Assembly (NCBI GenBank): GCA_963666215.2
Contig: CAXWPL010000003.1
Span: 64,001 to 128,000 of the forward strand
Length of the DNA stretch: 64,000 bases
DNA from: Acidobacteriota bacterium
Lineage (GTDB): Bacteria; Acidobacteriota; UBA890; WLXD01
Reading direction: 5' to 3'
The stretch's first letter is position 1; every line of letters starts with the position of its first letter. A program made the translations under genes and the position numbers. Shown here one piece after another: positions 1-9,024 of this stretch. The notes below the pieces were generated by a model. It did not search any database. It saw only the letters and a list, made by a program, of their open reading frames with translations, and had not been told where the DNA came from.

Positions 1-1377
1 TCAGGTTCCCCGTGTGCGACTCGACTCCGCGTCGAGTCGCAACAGTGCCTGCCGCGCTGCTCGCGCCTGGAATACGTCGAAGTACGGGTTGATGTCGAGC
101 GCCTCCTTCAGGCGGCGACGCGCCGAGTCGATGTCGCCCCGCGCCTCGGCAATCATTCCCGCGTGATAGTGGAACGCCGCATCGCGCGTGCCCAGCCGCA
201 GCGCCCGAGCGCTGGCCTCCGCGGCCTCGTCGTAGCGTCCGTTGCGATAGAGCGCCCACGCGAGAGTGTCGGAGGCGGCCAAGTCTTGACGGCGCTCGAA
301 GTCGCGCTCGGCGCGTTCCAACGCCTCCTGTGGATTGCGCCCGTGGTCGGCCAAGAAATTAGCTATCGGTCGGTCTTCGAGCGCACCACCAAGCTCACCC
401 GCGGCGATCGCGGCCGCGTAGGCCTGATCGGCCAGAGCAGGTTGATGGGTCAGCGCGTAGAGATCACCCAATCGTCCGTACACCTCCGGATGCGGCTTGC
501 GAACGAGCAAACGCTCGGTGGTCTCGAGTGCCCGGTCGTACTCGCCAAGACCGGCTTGCAGACTTGCCAGCACCCCCATCGCCGGTAGATAGCCGTCAAC
601 CAGTCGCAGGGCGGCCTCGAGGTGTACACGGGACCGCTCGCCGTCTCCCGTCTTGAAGTACAGATCGCCGAGTCGGTAGAGGTACCAGGCGAGATCAGCC
701 GCAACCGGGTCGGCGTGGAGTGTCATCTCGGCGGCGCGACGCACGGTAATGAGCGCGGCTTGCGGATCGCCGAAGACCTCCTCGATCTGCGCCCGCCGCG
801 CCAGCGTCGCGGGCACTGCGAGCTCGGCAACAAGCTCCATCACCGTGTCGCTGGCTTCGTCATAGTCGCCGATTCCCAGCTGCGCGTCGGCAACCAAAGC
901 CAACCTGCCGAGCGCGCCATCCTCATCGAGATCGAACCGCTCGCTGTCACCGAGCTCGGCCGCCAGCTCGAGCGTGTCGCCGAAGCGATGCTGAGCATTG
1001 AGCGCGCCCAGCAATTCCAAACGGGAACCCGAATCTCCGGGCCGCAACTCGCCGGCCCGCCGGAAGAGTCGCTCCGCTTCCGGAATGACCCTCTCGACGC
1101 CACTCTCGCGCGCGTGGCGCAGATACAGGCTGCCCAGCATCATGTGATTGGTGGCGCTCAACGGCTGCTCCGCCACGCGAGCCTCGAAGCGCGGCAGGTG
1201 CGTCGCAGCCAGTGCCAGGCGCGGCATTCGCAGACGGTCGACCGCGAGCAACGACTCGTAGCGCTGCTCGCGGTCGGCCCAACGACGCTCTGCGTCGACC
1301 CAGCTCAGCACACCGGCCGACAGAAGAGCCGTGCCACAGACCAACCAGATAGTCCGGTTGCGGCGCATCGTCGTCAT
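1..1377 (-). CDS. Tetratricopeptide-repeat protein with N-terminal signal/membrane anchor
   Basis: 458 aa ORF. Hydrophobic N-terminus and repeated TPR-like helices (LAWYLYRLGDLYFKTG, DTLAWALYRNGRYDEA, FHYHAGMIAEARG, ALDINPYF). Lies directly downstream of the DUF4331 gene. Confidence 0.85.
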   Translation of the reverse strand: MTTMRRNRTIWLVCGTALLSAGVLSWVDAERRWADREQRYESLLAVDRLRMPRLALAATHLPRFEARVAEQPLSATNHMMLGSLYLRHARESGVERVIPEAERLFRRAGELRPGDSGSRLELLGALNAQHRFGDTLELAAELGDSERFDLDEDGALGRLALVADAQLGIGDYDEASDTVMELVAELAVPATLARRAQIEEVFGDPQAALITVRRAAEMTLHADPVAADLAWYLYRLGDLYFKTGDGERSRVHLEAALRLVDGYLPAMGVLASLQAGLGEYDRALETTERLLVRKPHPEVYGRLGDLYALTHQPALADQAYAAAIAAGELGGALEDRPIANFLADHGRNPQEALERAERDFERRQDLAASDTLAWALYRNGRYDEAAEASARALRLGTRDAAFHYHAGMIAEARGDIDSARRRLKEALDINPYFDVFQARAARQALLRLDAESSRTRGT

Positions 1378-1396
1378 TGCCTGGCTACCTGGCTTT

Positions 1397-2422
1397 CTAG
1401 TGAGCGGGGGCGAGAAACGGGAAGGCGTCGCGGAAAGCCACGTCGTTGGCGTCGACGCAGTCCGACGTGGGACCGCCGGCCACGAAAATCAGGCCGAGCG
1501 CGGCGTCGATGACGTCGTCCGGCATCCGGCGGCCGTTCAAGAAGCCCGACATGTTGCGCGTGTTGAAGGTAAGGATGTCGGGCAACAGGATGTCGGTCAG
1601 CGCGTCGGCGGTGGCCTGGTCGTTGCCACCGGCGAGGAAGGTCGCGTTGACGAAATCGCCAAACAGCTCACGATCGTCTCGCGGCATGGCGGCGTTGTAG
1701 GCGTCTTTGGAACCGCTCGGAACGAAGACCGTATTGATGCCCGGGCGTCCGGCGCGATCGATCTGCTCGCCATCTTTGCGCGTGCTTGCCCAGACGCCGA
1801 TGTCACGCGCACCGAACGTCTTGCGGGGAACCTGGATCACGATCGCGTTGACGTTGAGGCCAGGAAAGAAGTCGGCTTCGCCGCCGTCGCAGAACGCGCG
1901 CCCGCCGGTCCCGAGAAACGCGTCGAGGTCGGAGAAGAACGGATCGTCATACGTGCCGGCCGTGATCCTGCCCGGGCCGCCGTTGATCTTGCTGGTACGT
2001 CCGGTGCGCCCGCGGGTCTCCACAGTGTCGGCATGGAGACGCTTGGATAAAAGCCGGAAGTTCTGCGAACCGTCGGCGCGAGTCGGGCCGAAGAGCACGC
2101 GGTACACCACATCGCGGTTAGCGTCGCCGTTGGTGTCGATGTTGAAGATGTACGAAGCGTGGGGATCGAAGCCGGCGGGCCCGAACACGCCGGCCGCCGG
2201 GTTAGACGTCATGATGAGCGCCGTACGGTTCGGCTTGCCGCTGGGCACGAACGCATAGACATCGTTGAGGTCGGTGAGCAGCTCGCCATTCGGTGAGGTG
2301 AGCCCGGGAGCGTCGAGGTGATCAGCGGCTTTCGTCGACAGCACGTTGAAGCCGACGGCGATCGTCAACAGCGTGGCGGTGAGGCTTCCCAGAGTGATGC
2401 AGTGGCGCAATCCGAGGCGCAT
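1397..2422 (-). CDS. DUF4331-family secreted protein
   Basis: Motifs ADHLDAP, DLNDVYAF, DDPFFSDL, QIDRAGRPGINT and NGRRMPDDVID are typical of DUF4331. Start moved to ATG 2422, which has GGAGGGG upstream and is followed by a signal peptide. Confidence 0.85.
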   Translation of the reverse strand: MRLGLRHCITLGSLTATLLTIAVGFNVLSTKAADHLDAPGLTSPNGELLTDLNDVYAFVPSGKPNRTALIMTSNPAAGVFGPAGFDPHASYIFNIDTNGDANRDVVYRVLFGPTRADGSQNFRLLSKRLHADTVETRGRTGRTSKINGGPGRITAGTYDDPFFSDLDAFLGTGGRAFCDGGEADFFPGLNVNAIVIQVPRKTFGARDIGVWASTRKDGEQIDRAGRPGINTVFVPSGSKDAYNAAMPRDDRELFGDFVNATFLAGGNDQATADALTDILLPDILTFNTRNMSGFLNGRRMPDDVIDAALGLIFVAGGPTSDCVDANDVAFRDAFPFLAPAH

Positions 2423-2486
2423 GACGGCTGTCCCCTCCAAGTAGTGGGCCGCGACGGGCGCGGCGTTGGCTGGATTCACCACCTGG

Positions 2487-2512
2487 TACGCCGACCAACC
2501 GCGAGTGGATTG
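2487..2512 (-). promoter_or_regulatory. Putative ECF-sigma promoter CAATCC-N16-CGTA for the DUF4331-TPR operon
   Basis: Minus strand reads CAATCC actcgcggttggtcgg CGTA, about 65 nt upstream of ATG 2422. Resembles RpoE(ChrR)/SigK-type ATCC...CGTA promoters. Confidence 0.5.
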
Positions 2513-2674
2513 GTCCCTTCGCGAACGGATCGCCGCAAAGTCGATCGACAATCGCGTCGCGCGTTGGAGAGAACGACTCGCGAGCTCGTGTTCGCCGGTC
2601 CGCGCCCGCTAGTTAGCGAAGGAACCGACAAGGAACGGCGTGGTCGTCGGCTGCGCCGAGCCCGCGAACATCGT

Positions 2675-2704
2675 TGCCAACACTTCGGCCGCCTCGCGCG
2701 TATA
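2675..2704 (+). promoter_or_regulatory. Putative autoregulatory ECF promoter (AAC-N17-CGT) ahead of the sigma gene
   Basis: TGCCAAC acttcggccgcctcgcg CGTATA, followed 7 nt later by the in-frame GTG at 2712 with no SD. Confidence 0.5.
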
Positions 2705-2711
2705 CAAGAGT

Positions 2712-3305
2712 GTGGAACAAACACTGCCTTTGCAATGCACCGTGGCCAGCCGCGCAACGCGATCGACCGGCGATCTCATCGGCGATCTCTTCGACCTTCA
2801 CCAAGCGCGGCTCTACCGGCTGGCGCTGGGCATGACCTGCTCGCACGACGAGGCACTGGATCTGGTGCAGGAGACCTTCCTCCGCGCGCTACGCACGCTG
2901 CGCGCTGGCGGCAAGTTCCCCTGCGCCGACCACGGCCCCGAAGCGGCCGAGGCTTCGCTGGTGCGTGCCCTCGTCAACCTTTGTCGTGACCGCTGGCGCC
3001 GCCTGGCGGTGCGCAAGCGTCATCCGATCGCAGCTCCCGCCGTGTACGCCTCCTCGCACGAGACGGCGTGGCTAGCTCACGCCGCGGTACACCGTGCGCT
3101 CGAGCAGCTACCACCACGTCAACGAGCCATCGTCGTATTGCGTGAGCTCGAGGGCGCCTCAACGCAGGCAGTGGCAGCTCTTCTCGGCTTGCGGCAAGCG
3201 ACCGTCCGCTGGCACTTGTCGCGCGCCCGTCGTCAACTCCGTCAACAGCTGTCAGGCGGCGGTTCGACCCAGACCTTCGTGGAGGAACCCAGCGATGAAT
3301 CCTGA
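2712..3305 (+). CDS. ECF (sigma-24 family) RNA polymerase sigma factor
   Basis: Region 2 motif DLVQETFLRA and region 4 motif LPPRQRAIVVLRELEG...LGLRQATVRWHLSRAR. Start is probably GTG 2712 (the ORF track opens at 2640). Confidence 0.92.
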   Translation: MEQTLPLQCTVASRATRSTGDLIGDLFDLHQARLYRLALGMTCSHDEALDLVQETFLRALRTLRAGGKFPCADHGPEAAEASLVRALVNLCRDRWRRLAVRKRHPIAAPAVYASSHETAWLAHAAVHRALEQLPPRQRAIVVLRELEGASTQAVAALLGLRQATVRWHLSRARRQLRQQLSGGGSTQTFVEEPSDES

Positions 3306-3795
3306 ACATCGGTTCGATCGGCAGCTCCGCGAGTTGCTACGCGCGGCAGACCCGGCTTCTGCAACCTGCAACGGGACAGGTGGCGAAGGCAGCCGTTCGC
3401 TCGGCGCTCAAAGCGGCCCGGATGACACGATGGTGAGCTCGATGAGCGCCATCGAGCGAACGAGCATGCGGGCACGTCTGGTAAGCGAAGCCGCAGCAGC
3501 GGCGCCGATCACCTTGGACACGAGATGGGGTCGACAACGTCCCTCGTGGCGTCTCGCACTGGTGGTGGCGGCGATGCTGGTGGTGGCCATCACGATCCTC
3601 CCCAAGTCGACCGGACCGACAACACACCAGCCGGCGGGCCACTCAGTGGTAGAGGAACAGCGTGTGGCCGCAGCCGGTGTTGCGGGCACCGCGCCCGAAC
3701 GGCCCGAGTCGCGAATCATCCACTTCACAACCGCCTCGGGTACACGAATCGTCTGGAATTTGGTCGCCGACCTCGAGTTGCCCGGTGGTCTCTAG
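3295..3795 (+). CDS. Putative single-pass membrane anti-sigma factor
   Basis: ATG 3295 with GGAGG upstream overlaps the sigma 3' end. One TM helix (WRLALVVAAMLVVAITILP) and a C-terminal IHFTTASGTRIVW motif. Confidence 0.7.
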   Translation: MNPEHRFDRQLRELLRAADPASATCNGTGGEGSRSLGAQSGPDDTMVSSMSAIERTSMRARLVSEAAAAAPITLDTRWGRQRPSWRLALVVAAMLVVAITILPKSTGPTTHQPAGHSVVEEQRVAAAGVAGTAPERPESRIIHFTTASGTRIVWNLVADLELPGGL

Positions 3796-3887
3796 AAACA
3801 GCTCCGCAGAACGAGCTCCGTAACTCCGCAACAAGGAGCGCCCGGGAAGTCCACTTCAGTCACCACTGACAGGAAAAGGAGATCAAG

Positions 3888-4430
3888 ATGGATCGCACAC
3901 CACGCAACCGGCTCTTCACGACCTTCCTCTTTGTTTCGCTGATGGCCGGACTGCTCGCCATTCCCGCGGCGTCAGATGCACAGGATCAAGAACGCGAAAC
4001 CCACTCATTCTGGATCGCGATCGTCTCGGCCCGCCCGGGGCCCGCAGCCATGCCGGACCTCCCCGAGGACGCCGAGCGCGCCCTGACTGATGTCGCCAAC
4101 CTGCTGCCCTACAGCGCCTTCGAGCTCATCGACACGGGCTGGATTCGCACGCTGTTCTCCGGCAACACGCGTCTGGGAGACGCCGGGGCCTTCGAAATCT
4201 CCCTTCATTTCGAGCCAACCAGCGACCCGATGAGTCTCTTCGTGGAGGGCTTCCGAGTCGACTACCGCGAGTATCGTCGCCAGGACGATGTCGTCGTTCG
4301 GTCGGACGTCACCATGAACCTGCTCGGTACCCAGTTCGGGATCAAGCTCGGCGAGACCGTGGTTGTAGGCACCTCGCGGCTCGACGGCCAGGACGAGGCG
4401 CTGATCGTGCTCGTCAAGGCGATGCCGTAG
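3888..4430 (+). CDS. Secreted hypothetical protein with secretin-C-like GETVVVG strand
   Basis: Strong SD (AAGGAG), signal peptide, C-terminal TQFGIKLGETVVVGTS. Confidence 0.7.
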   Translation: MDRTPRNRLFTTFLFVSLMAGLLAIPAASDAQDQERETHSFWIAIVSARPGPAAMPDLPEDAERALTDVANLLPYSAFELIDTGWIRTLFSGNTRLGDAGAFEISLHFEPTSDPMSLFVEGFRVDYREYRRQDDVVVRSDVTMNLLGTQFGIKLGETVVVGTSRLDGQDEALIVLVKAMP

Positions 4431-4591
4431 CGCCACCCCCCGCCGGCGCCCAGACCGCCCGCGGTGCGTACACACGGAGGCCGGCGCAGCGAGGCTGCTC
4501 TGCAGCGTGCTACATTCGAACAATTGGCGCTCGGAAGTTGCCGCTTCCGGGCGCCTTTTCACGGATGTTCTGCCCCCTCGCTCGCGACTCG

Positions 4592-7327
4592 ATGCCACAA
4601 CCACGCCAGATTCGCACTGCGTCGTATGCAGGGCTCTGCGCCGTACTCCTTGCGGGCACGACGCTCTTCATGCCTGCGCTCGCAGCGGCCGGCACCGCTG
4701 TCCCGCCGGCGCCCTGGCAGGCTGACGCCGCAGCCTCGACGCTCTCGCTGTTGGGAGAGCTGCGTGGCCCCGATGGAGTGCCGCTGGCGGGCGCTACCGT
4801 CGTGTTGCTGTCGTCGGCGCGCACGACGCTGGAACAGACGACCACCGACGAAACCGGCGGCTTCGAGTTCGACGGATTGCAGCCTGGCACCTACGTCCTG
4901 CGGTCGATTGGGACCCAGTTCGGCGAACAGGAGCGTGTCGTTGAGCTCGTGGTGAACATGGATCGCGTCGACTTGGCACTGCGCCAGGCCGGGTTCGAAG
5001 AGCGGATCACCGTCACCGCGTCGCGTGGCAGCGTCCGCGAAGCAACGCGCGTCCCGGCAACGGTGCGCTCGCTCCCTAAGGCGGCGCTCCTGCTCCGGGC
5101 TGCCGATCTTCTCCCCCGGATGCTCGACGAGGAACCTGGGGTGCTGACGCAGCAAACGACCCCGGGGCAGGGCTCACCCGTGCTGCGTGGGCAGAGTGCC
5201 CAGGCGGTTCTCTACCTGATCGACGGAATTCGCTTCAACAACAGCACCTACCGTGGCGGCAACACGCAGTACCTCGCCTGGGTGCCCGACGTGGCAGTCG
5301 AGAGCGTCGAAATTCTGCTCGGTCCAGCGGGCGTCAACTACGGCAGCGACGCTCTCGGAGGAGCAATCAATGTGCTCACGGCCTCGCTGTCCGGCTTTTC
5401 GGCACCAGGTGCCAGCCCGCGGGTGAACGGCAGCGTGCGCGCCTACGGCGAGCTGGCCTCGCAAGGCGCCGGGTCGAACGCCACGCTGGGGATCGCCGGC
5501 AGCCACTTCGCCGGCTACGCCGCGATCAACGGCGCGCGGCATCAGAACCTGCGCAGCGGTCGCGGCTTCGACTCGCACAACGTACTGGTGCGCTTTCTGG
5601 GTTTCGATCGTGAGCAGCTGCAGACAGCGCTTGGCAGCCGCAACCGCGATACCTCCTATTCGCAAGGCGGCGTCACGCTGAAGGGCGCTTGGAGGCTCGG
5701 GCCGACGTCGACCCTTTCCGGCTTCTTCGTTCGCTCCGGGCAAAGCGGCGTCCGGCGCTACGACCGCTTGCTCGGCGGCGAAGGTCGGTTCCGCGCCGAC
5801 TTCACGCCTCAGCGGCTGGAGTTCGGCTACCTGAGGTACCAGACCGTGATTTCGGGAACGATTCTCGAGAGCACCGTGTCGGTGAATCGACAGACCGACG
5901 GGCGCCTCGATCAGAATCGCCCGTTCGACGTCCTGCAAACCGAGCTCAGCGTCGTCACCGCCACCGGGCTCGAGGTGATGGCAACCAAGACGGCAGGCGA
6001 ACACATCCTGACGGCCGGCATGGAGGTCTATGACGAGCGCGTCGACGCGAGCCGTACCTTCAGCCTCGACGGCGTCACCAACCCCGTTCGCCCGCGCTTC
6101 CCCGACGACAGCCGCTACACGTCCCTTGGGCTCTTTCTGCTGGACGAGTTGAGCGTCGGTCGCCTGAATATCTCGGGCGGGGCTCGATACTCGCGCTTTC
6201 GATACAAGGCCGACGCGAGCAAGAACATCATCAACGGAATTGTCGTCGTCCCCTCCAGTACCGAGACCTTCGACGACATCACCATGAACCTCGGTGCCAC
6301 GTTGTTGATCGGGGACCAGGCAACCGGGTACGCCCGCGTTGCCCGTGGCTTCCGCGCGCCCTCCATATTCGACCTCAGCGAGGTCGGCCTCACCGGCGGC
6401 GGCTTCGAGATCTCACCCGACAGCGCGATAACGCTTGGCTCACAAATCGGCAACTCCTCGGGACCTGATGCGGTGACCACCGGCCTTGTCTGGCAGCCGC
6501 TCGAGCCCGAGGTGTTGTGGAGCTTCGAAGGCGGTTTTCGTTGGAGCGCCGACGACCTTCAGATCGAGATCGCCTCCTTCAACAACGACCTCTACAACGC
6601 CCTGTCGCGGCGCGCCGTCATCGTCAGCGCCGACGTCGTGGGCACCGACGTCGGCGAGCCGATCGTCGCCCAGGACGAGCTCGGCCGGATTTTCGTGAGC
6701 TCGAGCCCAGACCCCGTCGTGTCCCGTGCGAATATCGGCCGCGTCCGCGTGTGGGGCCTCGAGGCCACGGTGAGGAAGGCTTGGGGCGCGCGCTGGGGCG
6801 GCATATTGAAGGCGGCACTGCAACGCGGCAACGAGCTCGACACCGGCAACTTCGCGCGCAAGATCTCCCCCGACAACGTCACCGCCACGCTGCGCTGGAA
6901 TGCACCGACCGGGCGCCTTTGGCTCGAGGGGGTTCTTCGAGGCGCGCGCCGACAGTCGCGCCTCAACCCGGCCGACATTCGCGATCCGCGCGTCGGTGCC
7001 TTCCGTGAGACGGAGGATATCGCCGACTTCTTCGCCGTCGACGGCCCGCGGCTCGGTTTGGTCGCCGACGGCATCTTGCTGGCCACGGGGGAAACCCTCG
7101 ACGAGGTGATCGCCCGCGTCCTGGGCGACGACGTGGACGGCCGGGCCCTGTTCACGAGCACGCCGGGCTGGGTCAGCCTCGGGATTCGAGGCGGCTACAC
7201 GGTGGCGGAGGGTCATCAACTGCTCTTCGTGCTGAACAATCTGACCGACCGCAACTACCGAATGCACGGCTCCGGCATCGACGCGGCCGGCTTCAACGTC
7301 AATATCGCGTACTCGATCGACTTCTAG
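4592..7327 (+). CDS. TonB-dependent receptor with N-terminal carboxypeptidase-regulatory-like domain
   Basis: GVPLAGATVVL..TTTDETGGFEFDGLQPGTY domain, TonB-box-like ERITVTASR, plug motif PVLRG...VEILLGPAGVNYGSDALGGAINV, NLTDRNY and a terminal Phe. Start uncertain (4538-4592). Confidence 0.92.
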   Translation: MPQPRQIRTASYAGLCAVLLAGTTLFMPALAAAGTAVPPAPWQADAAASTLSLLGELRGPDGVPLAGATVVLLSSARTTLEQTTTDETGGFEFDGLQPGTYVLRSIGTQFGEQERVVELVVNMDRVDLALRQAGFEERITVTASRGSVREATRVPATVRSLPKAALLLRAADLLPRMLDEEPGVLTQQTTPGQGSPVLRGQSAQAVLYLIDGIRFNNSTYRGGNTQYLAWVPDVAVESVEILLGPAGVNYGSDALGGAINVLTASLSGFSAPGASPRVNGSVRAYGELASQGAGSNATLGIAGSHFAGYAAINGARHQNLRSGRGFDSHNVLVRFLGFDREQLQTALGSRNRDTSYSQGGVTLKGAWRLGPTSTLSGFFVRSGQSGVRRYDRLLGGEGRFRADFTPQRLEFGYLRYQTVISGTILESTVSVNRQTDGRLDQNRPFDVLQTELSVVTATGLEVMATKTAGEHILTAGMEVYDERVDASRTFSLDGVTNPVRPRFPDDSRYTSLGLFLLDELSVGRLNISGGARYSRFRYKADASKNIINGIVVVPSSTETFDDITMNLGATLLIGDQATGYARVARGFRAPSIFDLSEVGLTGGGFEISPDSAITLGSQIGNSSGPDAVTTGLVWQPLEPEVLWSFEGGFRWSADDLQIEIASFNNDLYNALSRRAVIVSADVVGTDVGEPIVAQDELGRIFVSSSPDPVVSRANIGRVRVWGLEATVRKAWGARWGGILKAALQRGNELDTGNFARKISPDNVTATLRWNAPTGRLWLEGVLRGARRQSRLNPADIRDPRVGAFRETEDIADFFAVDGPRLGLVADGILLATGETLDEVIARVLGDDVDGRALFTSTPGWVSLGIRGGYTVAEGHQLLFVLNNLTDRNYRMHGSGIDAAGFNVNIAYSIDF

Positions 7328-7529
7328 ATCCAGCGTGGCACGGCACAGAATGGAGATCGGTGGCCGCCGATTGCCGCGCTTGGTCGGTCGCGGCATCCCC
7401 TCTGATGCCAGCCCCCTCGACCAGCCTGCGGACGCGGCTAACACGCCCACTCATGATCGGGTGCCCCTCCTCACAGTGCTCACGTCGAATGGTCTTCTGG
7501 CCCGACGGAGAGCCTCGTTGGAGACCTAC

Positions 7530-8203
7530 GTGCCCACCCGTCTCACTGCTCGACGCCGCACCATCGCGCTCTCATCCATCTGAGCCGCGTTCCCTCGTTG
7601 GTGTTGCTCGCCCTCCTCGCGGCCTCCCACCCGGCCGGCTCGGCGACTTCAATCGACAACCCGATCGTGTTCGTCAAGCAAACGCCGGTCAGCGCCACGT
7701 TCGCCACCATCTCGGACATCTTCGGCAACTTCACGTCGTTCGACCCCAGCGACGGCCAGCCAACCGGGGGCGGGCTTTTTCGCCTCGATGTCAACGGCAA
7801 GACCAAGCAGATCGCCGGCAACAAGAACAGCGCGGTCCGCGATCCGGAGATCTCGTCCGACGGTAAGTCGGTGCTCTTCGCCATGAAGCGTCGCAAGCTC
7901 CTCGGCGAGGCCTCCATCCGCGCCGACGGCTCATTCGCGATTGCCGTGCCTCCGAACACGCCGATTATCTGGGAGATCCTCAACAATTCCGGAAAGATGC
8001 TCGCGGAGGAGCGCTTCTGGACCGAGCTGGCACCTGGAGAGGTCAGAACGTGCAATGGCTGCCACGCGCCACACAAGCCAAAAGCGGTCTCCCGCAAGAA
8101 TTCCGCGCTCGAGAACGTGTCGAACCTGAGCGGTCGCACAATTGATGGGGACAAGAATGGCTTGGCCGATCTCGTGGAGGCTCTGGGCCTCATCAGGCGG
8201 TAG
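7530..8203 (+). pseudogene. Hydrazine-synthase-alpha-related (HzsA-like) haem c protein, probably internally deleted with a disrupted signal peptide
   Basis: A first propeller blade (DPEISSDGKSVLFAMK) is joined directly to an HZS-alpha middle-domain-like segment (ADGSFAIAVPPNTPIIWEIL...PGEVRTCNGCH). An SD-preceded GTG at 7530 opens a signal-peptide-like frame that stops at TGA 7581; the remainder is ORF 7598..8203. Confidence 0.6.
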
Positions 8204-8216
8204 CACGGGGCCCGCG

Positions 8217-8264
8217 GCGGCGGTGCGGCGGTGCGGCGGTGCGGCGGTGCGGCGGTGCGGCGGT
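8217..8264. repeat. Intergenic tandem repeat (GCGGCGGT)x6
   Basis: Six perfect 8-bp copies counted directly. Confidence 0.95.
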
Positions 8265-8268
8265 GCGG

Positions 8269-8294
8269 TGAAACATCCAGGCCGCTGTGGCGTA
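8269..8294 (+). promoter_or_regulatory. Putative ECF promoter TGAAAC-N16-CGTA
   Basis: TGAAAC atccaggccgctgtgg CGTA matches the Bacillus SigW-type consensus and lies 47 nt upstream of ATG 8342. Confidence 0.55.
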
Positions 8295-8341
8295 CCTAGT
8301 GGGCAGCGACCCGGTTGCAACCCTCAGCGCAGGACACCCTC

Positions 8342-9004
8342 ATGCGACTCGCCACCCTACCGCTGGTACTGCTTCTTGCCTCGACGGTCTCGACCGTCTC
8401 GACCGCACCGATACGTGGCGAGGACGTTCGTTCGTTCAGCCGCGCCTTCGAAGCCGCGGATCTCGAGTCTGTCATGCTCGATTTCCCGGTCGGCGAGGTC
8501 GAGGTGGAAGGAACCGGCGGCGACCGAGTGGAGATCGACATCGTGTTCGCGTGCAAGACGAGTGGCTGGGGCAGCTCGACCTGTCGCGACCGAGCCGACG
8601 AGATCGAGCTCGAGTCGCAGACGCGAGGCAGTCAGCTTCGGCTCAACCTCGATGGCTACGGAACTATCCGGCACCGCGGTCTGACGATCCGCCTGCACGC
8701 GCGCGTGCCCAGGGACCTCGATTTCGAGCTTGATATGGGCATAGGCGAAGCCTCCCTCAAGAACCTGGAAGGCAATGTGACCGTCGACCTCGGCATTGGC
8801 GAAGTGGGGCTCGCACTGCAGGAAGAGATGGTCGGCAGCGTGCGTCTGGACAACGGCATCGGCGAGACGTCGCTGCGGACCACGCGAGACCGCAAGGAGC
8901 ACGCCGGCCTGTTCGTCGGCGAGCTCACCTGGGCCCAGGGCAACGGCGACTCTCGAATTCAGGTTGACCTCGGGATTGGCGAGATCACCGTCCGACTGCA
9001 ATAG
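8342..9004 (+). CDS. Secreted beta-strand-repeat protein (DUF4097/putative-adhesin-like)
   Basis: Signal peptide and repeated D(M/L/N)GIGE units (DMGIGEA, DLGIGEV, DNGIGET, DLGIGEI). Confidence 0.75.
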   Translation: MRLATLPLVLLLASTVSTVSTAPIRGEDVRSFSRAFEAADLESVMLDFPVGEVEVEGTGGDRVEIDIVFACKTSGWGSSTCRDRADEIELESQTRGSQLRLNLDGYGTIRHRGLTIRLHARVPRDLDFELDMGIGEASLKNLEGNVTVDLGIGEVGLALQEEMVGSVRLDNGIGETSLRTTRDRKEHAGLFVGELTWAQGNGDSRIQVDLGIGEITVRLQ

Positions 9005-9024
9005 AGCGCATTGCGAGCCAGTAG

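Noticed and set aside
7598-8203. Evidence for anammox hydrazine synthase
   Set aside because: Only a short HzsA-related fragment is present, with no hzsB/hzsC or hydrazine dehydrogenase. Such domains occur in non-anammox bacteria.
8217-8264. Possible CRISPR array or Chi-site cluster
   Set aside because: The 8-bp units have no spacers, no cas genes are present, and the unit differs from E. coli Chi (GCTGGTGG).
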